From NCBI GenBank assembly GCA_002269645.1, contig NIVC01002563.1, positions 1-64,000 on the forward strand: a DNA stretch of 64,000 bases. Reading direction: 5' to 3'. The first letter of the stretch is position 1. Each line of letters starts with the position of its first letter. The position numbers and the translations under genes are program-made. The notes under the pieces were generated by a model. It saw only the letters and a program-made list of their open reading frames with translations, did no database searches and was not told where the DNA came from. Origin of the DNA: Macrostomum lignano. Its lineage: Eukaryota. This document shows positions 1 to 11,250 of the stretch, in pieces.

Positions 1-510
1 CCCAATGTACACAGACTCACTCTACCCTAGTGTACACTCGCCCTAGTCCTACCCCCAATGTACGCAGACTCACTCTACCCTAGTGTACACTCGCGCCTAG
101 TCCTACCCCAATGTACACAGACTCACTCTACCCTAGTGTACACTCACGCCTCGTCCTACCCCCAATGTACACAGACTCACTCTACCCTAGTGTACACTCG
201 CCCTAGTCCTACCCCCAATGTGCGCAGACTCACTCTACCCTAGTGTACACTCGCGCCTCGTCCTACCCCCAATGTACACAGACTCACTCTACCCTAGTGT
301 ACACTCGCGCCTAGTCCTACCCCAATGTACACAGACTCACTCTACCCTAGTGTACACTCGCGCCTAGTCCTACCCCCAATGTACACAGACTCACTCTACC
401 TAGTGTACACTCGCTCCTAGTCCTACCCCAATGTACGCAGACTCACTCTACCCTAGTGTACACTCGCGCCTAGTCCTACCCCCAATGTACACAGACTCCA
501 CTCTATCCCC
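1..510. repeat. Minisatellite, ~53-55 bp unit (CCCAATGTACACAGACTCACTCTACCCTAGTGTACACTCGCGCCTAGTCCTAC), ~9 copies, runs off the window start
   Basis: Direct tandem copies visible; unit length varies by 1-2 nt in C-runs. Confidence 0.95.
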
Positions 511-976
511 GTGTATACTCATCCTATTCTGCTCTTAGTTTGCACGCTCGTTACTTATGTTGCTCGTTACTCGTTACAGCACGGTACTCACTCCCCCGTA
601 ATCTCCCTAGCCCTCCCCCCCCCCTACAATATCTACGTTCGAGATTAAAAGCATGAACACCTAAACTCATTAAGTTGAAAGGCAATAATCGCATTTGGGA
701 TTCAACTGTTATTCGGGAACGCATCCGTTTCGCTTTAAAACCGTGTAAACATTTTGCAGAAATAATTTTTTTAAAGCAGCTAGCTGCCGTTTTTCATCAA
801 ATATGTTTCATCAATTTAGTGATTTAATTTTCTTCTTCAAATTATGAGTTCAAAAACATGTTTTTTATTATGAAAACAGCAGATGCTCTGCTTGTGTGTG
901 AGCGTGTCTAAGCCAAAATTTTTCTGTTTCACTGCGATCCAACCGACTGGACTCTGCTGGAGACAGCTCTAAAAGG

Positions 977-1143
977 CCCCAGCTACAGGTGCACAGCTTC
1001 CAGCTAACACAGTCCCAGCTACAGGTGCACAGCTTCCAGCTAACACAGTCCCAGCTACAGGTGCACAGCTTCCAGCTAACACAGTCCCAGCTACAGGTGC
1101 GCAGCTTCCAGCTAACACAGTCCCAGCTACAGGTGCACAGCTT
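977..1143. repeat. 36-bp minisatellite, ~4.5 copies
   Basis: Unit CCCAGCTACAGGTGCACAGCTTCCAGCTAACACAGT; the 12-aa periodic ORFs here are by-products. Confidence 0.95.
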
Positions 1144-1441
1144 TCAATATATTTACACTCCAAAAGCTAAAAATATGAAAAATAATAAACAAACCAGTAA
1201 CTTAGGCTTATTGTGCATCAATTAGCTGCTCCGTCGGGGTACTCAATTTATAATAAAAGCGGCTCTAAACTGGCTTTGCTAGGTGTGACAAAAAAGGCTA
1301 ATTACTACCATTGGCATTTTTATTGCCATGAATAGGGCCTTGTTTATTGCCCCTGAGCCCTGACACTCTGATCAGCTTTAGGTGTGTTGAAATATTGTCT
1401 GCCCTTTTCAAAAGCTACGAGTAAAACTGCGCCAACCCTCT

Positions 1442-1464
1442 GACAGATAGACAGATAGATAGAC

Positions 1465-1499
<35 letters not shown>

Positions 1500-1500
1500 C

Positions 1501-1563
<63 letters not shown>

Positions 1564-1572
1564 CAGATAGAC

Positions 1573-1631
<59 letters not shown>

Positions 1632-1647
1632 CAGATAGACAGATAGC
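1442..1647. repeat. (AGAT)n microsatellite with AGAC variants
   Basis: Seen directly. Confidence 0.98.
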
Positions 1648-2477
1648 TCGTAGATAGATACTATGTAATCCTGGATCGAATGCAGCTAAGTAGCCCATTA
1701 GCTACTCATCTCAACAGTAATTTATGACCTGCTCCATCAGAGCTACTCTGATCCGGTCTGGTGATTGATGGAATCGCTCCAGCCCACCGCTTCTGCCGCG
1801 AGTTGCACCTCGCTGTTTCTTCTTAAATGCCAGGCTCCGGCTCGCAAGCCGAAGTTGATCCGCCGTGCACTTTGAAGGATTCCTTTGGCATTGCATTTAG
1901 CCAATGCGTCTCATTCCTGATCTCAATAAGAAGCTTAATAAGCAGGAGTAGGTCTGCTGCTGCTAATGCAGGATGAATTATCGTCTATTTTTATTTTTCG
2001 TCAAGTTCACTCCGCAGCCGTATACTTGCGCATTGATTTGGGATCCGCGTACCAGAGCGCTGGCTTAGTTAGGGAAAATCTGGGCCGGAGCCGATGCAAA
2101 TTTGGTCATGCTTTTCGCTCCCACTGCGCCCTCTTATAAGATGGACTTATACTCATAATGCCCGTTTAGTTCGCGCTGAAGTTTCATTTTTAATGACGAA
2201 AAGATAAGGGCGTGTTACAGTATTTGCGCGACCGTGATGGAGTCGAAGATTAGTCTTTAATCAGTTTTTATCTTATAAATGTAGTGTAGCACTCAGGCAG
2301 CTCATATAGTAGGATGTAGGATGTAGGATTTGTGCTGTGGCTGTCAATCAAGTCATAAATTTCTGAGTCGAATAAGCATGCGTTGCAAATTTCAACTAGC
2401 TGAGAAATGGGGTTGAATAACGCTGTTTGGTGAAGGATGCTAGTTTGCAGCTGTAAACTACCTGCCGTTAAATGAGG

Positions 2478-3040
2478 TGGTGGGCGTCACTTGCTAATGT
2501 GCGGCAGTGGATATGGGGTTGTGGGCGTCACTAGCTAATGTGCGGCTGTGGATATGGGGTTGTGGGAGTCACTAGCTAATGTGCGGCTGTGGATATGGGG
2601 TTGTGGGCGTCACTAGCTAATGTGCGGCTGTGGATATGGGGTGGTGGGCGTCACTAGCTAATGTGCGGCTGTGGATATGGGGTGGTGGGCGTCACTAGCT
2701 AATGTGCGGCTGTGGATATGGGGTGGTGGGCGTCACTAGCTAATATATGGCTGTGGAAATGGGGTGGTGGGCACCACTAGGTAATATGGCTGTGGAAATG
2801 AGGTGGTGGGCATCACTAGGTAATATGGCTGTGGAAATGAGGTGGTGGGCACCACTAGGTAATATGGCTGTGGAAATGAGGTGGTGGGCATCACTAGGTA
2901 ATATGGCTGTGGAAATGAGGTGGTGGGCGTCACTAGCCAATGTGCGGGTGTGAAAATGGGGTGGTGGGTGTCACTAGCTAATAAATGTCTGTGAAAATGA
3001 GGTGGTGGGTGTCACTAGCTAATGTGCGGGTGTGAAAATG
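2478..3040. repeat. Minisatellite with 41-bp and 39-bp unit variants (GTGGTGGGCGTCACTAGCTAATGTGCGGCTGTGGATATGGG family)
   Basis: 41-bp period to ~2740, 39-bp period to ~2935, then degenerate 41-bp-type units. Confidence 0.9.
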
Positions 3041-3152
3041 GGGAGTTTTGCGGCACTATGGGATTTGTGCCACGTAACAACTACTAACCAAATCTTGTAT
3101 CGCATCTGTGCTAGTCTTTTGTCTTTAACTCTTAAGAATTCGCCGTTCAAAA

Positions 3153-5055
3153 CTAATTCTCAGTCTGGTTGTCAGCGCACTGTTGACGCTGCATTCTGCT
3201 GGGCGTTTCCCTCCGCAGGCGCAACAGGCGGCAGAGGTCCCACCGGAACTGCCGGTTGCCCATACAGTAGATGAGGATGTTCAAGCAGCTGTCCAGCAGA
3301 GTGCCAAACTTGGACAGGCCGACGATCAGCGCGTCCAGCTGACCGTTCAGTACGCGACCGTCGAGCACCTTGCTCAATAGAAGCGGACTCTCCAGTACGA
3401 GGAAGGCGGCGCAGAGCACAATCACGAGCAAGTTGGTTCGGGACGACCGGGATCCGGACTTCGGCGGCGGTTGCTGCTGTTTCTGCTGAAGCGGCTGCAT
3501 ACCGTCAACGCTGTTTAGGAAGGGTTGAAAAACAAATAGTGTATTTTTATAGGAAAAACAGTCCCAAATCAAATTCTACCCAACGGAAGTTTCTTGTCCA
3601 CCTCGTCGGTAGTATCATTGCCGACCCACCAAAATTCTCATATCCATCCCACTGAAAGTACCTTGTCCACCTCACTGGAAGAATCATTTCCACCCCACCG
3701 GAAGCATTATGTCCACGACACCGGAAGTATCATGTCCACCCCACCGGAAGTATCATGTCCACTCACCGGAAGTCTCTTGTCCACCCCATCGGAAGTATAA
3801 TGTCCACTTCACCAGAAGTATCATGTACACGCCACTGGAAGTATCATGTCCACTCCACCGGAAGTATCATGTCCACGACACCGGAAGTATCATTTCCACC
3901 CCACCGGAAGTATCTTGTCCACCCCATCGGAAGTACATGTATCATGTCCACTTCACCAGAAGTATCATGTCCACTCCACCGGAAGTATCATGTCTACTCC
4001 ACCGGAAGCATCTTGTCCACCCCACCGGAAGTATCATGTCCACCCCACCGGAAGTCTTGTCCACCCCGCCGGAAATGCCCACCCCAGGACTCACATCTGC
4101 TCACTCGCCGCTGCCGCTTTCATCCGCTTGCCAGTGAGCAGTCGCTGCTTCTCTCGCCGGCGCCGATGAAGCCCGGTCAGGATGCAGACGCTGAAGCAGC
4201 AGACAGCGGCAATGGGGCCTCCGGTCTGGAACAGCAGCAGTCCAGCAATGTTGTAGGCGTTGTTGAAGTGCACGGAGGCGTCCCGGCCCAGCCGGCTGTT
4301 CAGCGAGTCCAGACTGAAGCCGCCGTCGTCTCGCTGGCACAGCACGCAGCTGAAGTAGAACAATCTCGGCAGCGAAACAATCAAAGCCGTTGTCATGACA
4401 ACCGACAGCAAGGCGCGCACCCGCCCGGCTCTGCTGAACAGCCTGCGCTCCGGCGGCTGCATTGCCCGGCAGACGGCCTCGTAGCGCAGGGCGGAGATCG
4501 TCACCACCATCCAGTTGCGTCCGATGTGGGCGGCCGTCTGCAGCACGATGAGGACGTTCACCAGCGAGCACAGGGCGATGCCGCCGAGCAGGCTGGCGAG
4601 GACAGCCGGCCGGTGAACGCCAAGTACTCCATCGCGTGGTAAAGCAGAAAAAGGGCGTGGAAAACAATCTCCAGCAGTGAGAGCACCTTCAACAGGTGCA
4701 CAACCGTCTTCTGAAGGCGGCCTCCGCCGGCGCTGTTGCGTCGCTCCTGTTGGCGCCGGAACACGGCGAAGGACAGCGAGTTGAGGAGGACGCTGAGCGC
4801 GTTGAGAGCGCCGAAGGTGGCAGAGAATGGCAGCAGAGTTTTTGCAACTTGGCAGTTTCGAGCGCTGGCAGCGGTGCAGAACTGCGGGTCGCCAAGGCAG
4901 ACCAGCGGGTCCAGCTGCTTGGGGACGAACAGCCACGGCTGGCTGATCAGGAGCTCCGTCTGGTTGTTAGCGCAGCCCCCGCCGTCGAGGACACCTTCAG
5001 CGCTGCTGCTGTTGTCGCTAATAGCTGTCTCAGTCAAGCTAGACTCGCAGGACAT
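3153..5055 (-). CDS. Rhodopsin-class (class A) 7TM GPCR, peptide/FMRFamide-receptor-like; 2 exons (5055-4095, 3510-3153) with one apparent frameshift at ~4608
   Basis: Seven hydrophobic segments; ALRYEAVC (DRY variant) after TM3, FLVLESP in TM6, NILIY in TM7; donor GTGAGT at 4094 and acceptor AAACAG at 3511 join in phase (AT|C = Ile); the frame changes near FTG/PAVLASLL. Confidence 0.88.
3690..4075. repeat. Degenerate ~23-bp minisatellite (CCACCGGAAGTATCATGTCCACC) in the GPCR intron
   Basis: Recurrent CCGGAAGTATC motif about every 23 nt. Confidence 0.85.
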
Positions 5056-5371
5056 TCTGTTTGATCCGGTCTGTCTGCAATAACTGTTGCGAGCTTCACG
5101 GGCAAGCTGGTCTGGGTAGTTCTGGGGACTGAGTATTGAGAGTTTGGCGGGATCTGGGGGACTGGCTTGAGATATACTGGCTGAGAAGATTGCGCCAGCC
5201 AATCACGTCTGGGCAGTGATGGAGATTGACGGAGCTTTTCATCGGAACTGGTTGATTACTTGACTCATTCTCTGTGCAAAAGGACAAATGCGGAAATCAA
5301 CTGACTCATCGTGGAGGACGGGGGGGGGGCGTCCGACTCGCTCCCCGAAGAGCCCCCGATTCTTTGGACAC

Positions 5372-5680
5372 CAGGACACCAGGACACTAGGACACTAGGA
5401 CACTAGGACACTGGGACACTGGGACACTAGGACACTAGGACACTAGGACACTGGGACACTAGGACACTAGGACACTACGAGCTACTAAACTCGTAGGGCA
5501 GTAAGACACTAGTAAATTAGTCAACTAGGACACAAAAACACTAGTAAACTAGTAAACTAAGACACTTAGACACTGGGACACTAGAACGCTAGGACAATAG
5601 GATACTAAAGCAATAGGACTTTAGTAAAATAGGACACTAGTAAAATAAGACACAAAAACACTAGGACACTAGGACAGTCT
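5372..5680. repeat. 9-bp GGACACTAG/GGACACTGG array decaying into degenerate copies
   Basis: Seen directly; same unit as 9033-9868. Confidence 0.9.
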
Positions 5681-5734
5681 TCATCTGACCATCTTGTTAG
5701 GCTTATTGATGTCAGGATGTATTGTATGATGGAT

Positions 5735-7256
5735 CCTGTTAGACGGGGGAGTCACCTGTTAATCTACTGGGTCTTCCGTTAAACAGGCGAAGCACCTGTT
5801 ATATAGGACAGTCACTGTTAGATAGGACAGTCACCTGTTAGATAGGACAGTCACTGTTAGACAGGGCAGTCACCTGTTAGATACCGGTAGGAGAGTCACC
5901 TGTTAGAAAGGAAAGTCATCTGTTAGACAGGAGAGTTACCTGTTAGACAGGACAGTCACTGTTAGAAAGGATATTCACCGGTTAGACAGGACAGTTACCT
6001 GTTAGATAGAACAGCTACCTGTTAGACAGGACAGTTACCTGTTAGATAGGAGAGTGACCTGTTAGACAGGACAGTTACCTGTTAGATAGGATAGTTACCT
6101 GTTAGATAGGACAGTTACCTTTTAGATAGGATAGTTACCTGTTAGACAGGACAGTCAGCTTTTAGACAGGATAGTTACCTGTTAGATAGAACAGCTACCT
6201 GTTAGACAGGGTAGTTACCTGTTAGACAGGACAGTTACCTGTTAGATAGAACAGCTACCTGTTAGACAGGACAGTTACCTGTTAGATAGGAGAGTGACCT
6301 GTTAGACAGGACAGTTACCTGTTAGATAGGATAGTTACCTGTTAGATAGGACAGTTACCTGTTAGATAGGACAGTTACCTGTTAGACAGGACAGTCAGCT
6401 TTTAGACAGGATAGTTACCTGTTAGATAGAACAGCTACCTGTTAGACAGGGTAGTTACCTGTTAGACAGGACAGTTACCTGTTAGATAGAACAGCTACCT
6501 GTTAGACAGGACAGTTACCTGTTAGATAGGAGAGTGACCTGAACAGACAGTTACCTGTTAGACAGGACAGTTACCTTTAGATAGGATAGTTAGTTAGACA
6601 GGACTGCTTTTAGACAGGATAGTTACCTGTTAGATAGAACAGCTACCTGTTAGACAGGACAGTTACCTGTTAGATAGGAGAGTGACCTGTTAGACAGGAC
6701 AGTTACCTGTTAGATAGGATAGTTACCTGTTAGATAGGACAGTTACCTGTTAGATAGGACAGTTACCTGTTAGACAGGACAGTCAGCTTTTAGACAGGGT
6801 AGTTACCTGTTAGATAGAACAGTTACCTGTTAGACAGGGTAGTTACCTGTTAGACAGGACAGTCACCTGTTAGATAGGACAGTCACCTGTTAGACAGGAC
6901 AGTTACCTGTTAGACAGGACAGTCACCTGTTAGACAGGACAGTCACCTGTTAGACAGGATAGTTACCTGTTAGATAGGATAGTTACCTGTTAGATAGGAT
7001 AGTTACCTGTTAGATAGGACAGTTACCTTTTAGATAGGATAGTTACCTGTTAGGCGGAACAGTTACTTGTTAGGCAGGATAGTTACCTGTTAGATAGGAC
7101 AGTTACCTTTTAGATAGGATAGTTACCTGTTAGGCAGAACAGTTACTTGTTAGGCAGGATAGTTACCTGTTAGATAGAACAGTTACCTGTTAGATAGGAT
7201 AGTTACCTGTTAGATAGAATAGTTACCTGTTAGATAGGATAGTTACCTGTTAGACT
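5735..7256. repeat. 20-bp minisatellite (GTTACCTGTTAGACAGGACA family) with a 240-bp higher-order repeat
   Basis: 6001-6240 and 6241-6480 are almost identical, variant positions included. Confidence 0.95.
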
Positions 7257-7714
7257 ACATGGTCTTCTGTACTTGAGTTCAGAATTTAGTAATTAGATCA
7301 GAGACAACTTAGAGACACATTTCGCACCTAATTTATCAGTAACATGATCGGGCTTAGTTATCCATTCTCCTTATCCGTGCAGCAGCATCTCTAACCATAA
7401 TTGATGAAGTTCTAGCTAAGCCTCACCCACGCACTTGACCCAGTCATGTCTGACAGATTTTTATCTTTGAGAAACCGTCTCATTAATGAGCATAACGTCT
7501 ATTTTCATCTGACAATCAGAGTCTGACTTCTTGTCAGAGTGCGCGAGAAGGAGATAAAAATCTTTTTTCGTTCTCCTTCTGACCGAAGTTATGACTGACC
7601 TTCAGACGACAGCTGACTACTGTGTTTAGGGTAAGCACTCCATGTCCGCGTTTTGTTTAGCCTTCTGCTGTAAGGTTAATGCTGAAGGCTGAAGGGATGC
7701 TGTAGGGGATTCTG

Positions 7715-8490
7715 TGGGGACTACTGTAGAGACTACTGTTAAGATTACTGTAGGGATTACTGTAGTGATTACTGTAGGGACTACTGTAGGGATTACTGTA
7801 GGGATTACTGTAGGGATTACTGTAGTGATTACTGTAGGGATTACTGTAGTGATTACTGTAGGGACTACTGATTAGGGATTACTGTAGATTACTGTAGTGA
7901 TTACTGTAGGGATTACTGTAGGGATTACTGTAGGGATTACTGTAGGGATTACTGTAGGGATTACTGTAGGGATTACTGTAGGGATTACTGTAGGGATTAC
8001 TGTGATTACTGGGATTACTGTAGGATTACTGTAGGATTACTGTAGGGATTACTGTAGGGATTACTGTAGTACTGTAGGGATTACTGTAGGGATTACTGTA
8101 GGGATTACTGTAGGGATTACTGTAGGGATTACTGTAGGGATTACTGTAGGGATTACTGTAGGGATTACTGTAGGGATTACTGTAGTGATTACTGTAGGGA
8201 TTACTGTAGGGATTACTGTAGGGATTACTGTAGTGATTACTGTAGGGATTACTGTAGGGATTACTGTAGGGATTACTGTAGTGATTACTGTAGGGATTAC
8301 TGTAGGATTACTGTAGGGATTACTGTAGTGATTACTGAAGGGATTACTGTAGGGATTACTGTAGGGATTACTGTAGTGATTACTGTAGGGATTACTGTAG
8401 TGATTACTGTAGGGATTACTGTAGGGATTACTGTAAGGATTACTGTAGGGGCTACTGTAGGGATTACTGTAGAAAAGATACTGTAGCATT
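7715..8490. repeat. 12-bp minisatellite (GGGATTACTGTA)n
   Basis: Seen directly; the PYSN/VIPT ORF is a by-product. Confidence 0.95.
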
Positions 8491-9032
8491 TTCTGAAAAA
8501 ACTACAGTTTTTTTTCGCCAGGTATCCTGCTATAAAAGCTGTAGAGGGATTTGATTATGTAAAAGATGGTTGCTTTAGAAATTCGTTGTACGAGCTGGAC
8601 GGGGCGGATTTTGCTGAGCTGATGAAGCTACTCAGTAACAATTATATTTGGCAACTTTATCTGGCTTGAATTTTGACCAACGAACTCAAGTTGAGACAGC
8701 CAGAATTCAATGATCGCCACGGGTCTCTGATATCTCAAAAGCAGCTAGCAATTGCAGGCATTCAATCCAATAGATTTTAAAGCCTTTCTCAGTCACTGCA
8801 AGGCCTGAGCAGGCAGGTCTGGGTAGTCAGTATTTTTCACCTTACGCATGGCTTCACTGCCATAGGCTAGACAGTGCAGAAATCGCTGGTAGGGGTGGGT
8901 ACTGTTTATTCACAGAACAATGCTATTGTAAATTCGACTCAGTGTATTATTATTCTCTGTCACTGACAGGCATTCTCAGCTCTCCGCTGCTCAGTCTTGC
9001 CTGCAGTGCCAGCCTTTTTGGAAATGTTTACG

Positions 9033-9868
9033 CACTGGGACACTGGGGCACTAGGACACTAGGACACTGGGACACTAGGACACTAGGACACTAGGACACT
9101 GGGACACTAGGACACTAGGACACTGGGACACTAGGACACTGGGACACTAGGACACTAGGACACTGGGACACTAGGACACTAGGACACTAGGACACTAGGA
9201 CACTAGGACACTGGGGCACTAGGACACTAGGACACTGGGACACTGGGACACTAGGACACTAGGACACTGGGACACTAGGACACTAGGACACTGGGACACT
9301 AGGACACTGGGACACTAGGACACTAGGACACTAGGACACTAGGACACTAGGACACTAGGACACTGGGACACTGGGACACTGGACACTAGGACACTAGGAC
9401 ACTAGGACACTGGGACACTAGGACACTAGGACACTGGGACACTAGGACACTGGACACTAGGACACTAGGACACTGGGACACTAGGACACTAGGACACTGG
9501 GACACTGGGACACTAGGACACTAGGACACTGGGACACTAGGACACTGGGACACTGGGACACTAGGACACTAGGACACTGGGACACTGGACACTGGGACAC
9601 TAGGACACTAGGACACTGGGACACTAGGACACTGGGACACTGGGACACTAGGACACTGGACACTGGACAGTAGGACACTGGGACACTAGGACACTAGAAC
9701 AATAGGACACTAGGACACTAGGACGCTAGGACACTAGGACACTAGGACACTAGGACACTAGGGCACTAGGACACTAGGACACTAGGACACTAGGACACTA
9801 GGACACTAGTCACTAGTCACTAGAACACTAGACACTAGGACACTAGGACACTAGGACACTAGGACACT
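9033..9868. repeat. 9-bp GGACACTAG/GGACACTGG array
   Basis: Seen directly, ~90 copies. Confidence 0.97.
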
Positions 9869-9994
9869 AAGATATGTTTATTTAAAATATGTACACTACT
9901 TACGCTTGATAAACTAAGTAGTCTGCTTTGCGTGTGTGAATTAGAACATATTGCATTTCAATTTTATCTAAAGCTCGTGTACATGTAAATTATA

Positions 9995-10153
9995 ACTGTA
10001 TTATACAACTATTACTACTATTATTACTATGACAACCCCCTGGTCCCATTTTCGTGTACACGAGCCCCAAATAAATGCGGAAGCGCACGGAATCGAACTC
10101 AGGGGTCGCGGCTTGAGAGTCGGACGCGTTCACCGCTGAGCTGCTCCGCCCCC
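9995..10153 (-). mobile_element. tRNA-derived SINE
   Basis: Minus strand begins GGGGGCGGAGCAGCTCAGCGG (A box) ... GAGTTCGATTCC (B box), has no acceptor stem, and ends in a simple TAA/TAG-rich tail. Confidence 0.6.
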
Positions 10154-10276
10154 ATAAGCGCAGTGTATTTTGTGTCAATTTATTTATTGTTGAACCTCAG
10201 ACGAACAAGAAAGCAAACTGTTCAACAGCTGCTGCTACTAACAGCAATAACAAATCAGCATTTTCATCCGAAAAAT

Positions 10277-10478
10277 TTACAAGAAAGTTTGCGTATGATT
10301 GCCGCTGGAGTCCAAATACAAAGTGCGCTGGTGTTGCCGCTTCAGCTTCGGTCTGTCAATGCCGGCTGATGCTGACTCTGCTGTTGATAGCAGACTTGGG
10401 GCGAGCCTGCTGCTGCAATTGTGATCAAAATTGCCGAATGGGACCGCCAGTCTGTCTGTCTGTCTGTCTGTCTGTCTG

Positions 10479-10545
<67 letters not shown>

Positions 10546-10548
10546 GCC

Positions 10549-10589
<41 letters not shown>

Positions 10590-10620
10590 TAGTGTCTCTC
10601 TGTCTGTCTGTCTGTCTGCC

Positions 10621-10661
<41 letters not shown>

Positions 10662-11075
10662 TTCTGTCAGATAAAACAGATAGAAATAGCAGATAAAAAT
10701 TGAAGCAACACACCTTGAAGACAGGGTCTCTTGCTGCTGTTGCTGCTGCTGCTGCTGCAGCTCCCATGGGTCGCTGACACTGGAGTCGGGTCTGCTAGTT
10801 TGGTCGCTTTGATCGGCAGGCCGCGTTTCCAGCGTCTGGCTGACGATGGTCATGCAGGTCTTCGATGGCGGCATGCGCGACTGGAATTGGCGGTGCGGAT
10901 TGTGTCTGTCACTAGCCTGTGTCTGTCACTAGCCTGTGTCTGTCACTAGCCTGTGTCTGTCACTAGCCTGTGTCTGTCACTAGCCTGTGTCTGTCTGTCT
11001 GTCTGTCTGTCTGCCTGCCTGCCTGTCTGTCTGTCTGTCCTTCTGTCTGTCTGTCTGTCTGTCTGCCTGCCTGCC

Positions 11076-11115
<40 letters not shown>

Positions 11116-11159
11116 CTTCTGTCTGTCTGTCTGTCTGTCTGTCTGCCTGCCTGCCTGCC

Positions 11160-11250
<91 letters not shown>

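Noticed and set aside
7456-7563. 12-bp inverted repeat AGATTTTTATCT/AGATAAAAATCT with an off-centre inner inverted repeat, possibly a MITE
   Set aside because: No TSD found, the arms are AT-rich and short, and the inner repeat is not symmetric with the outer one.
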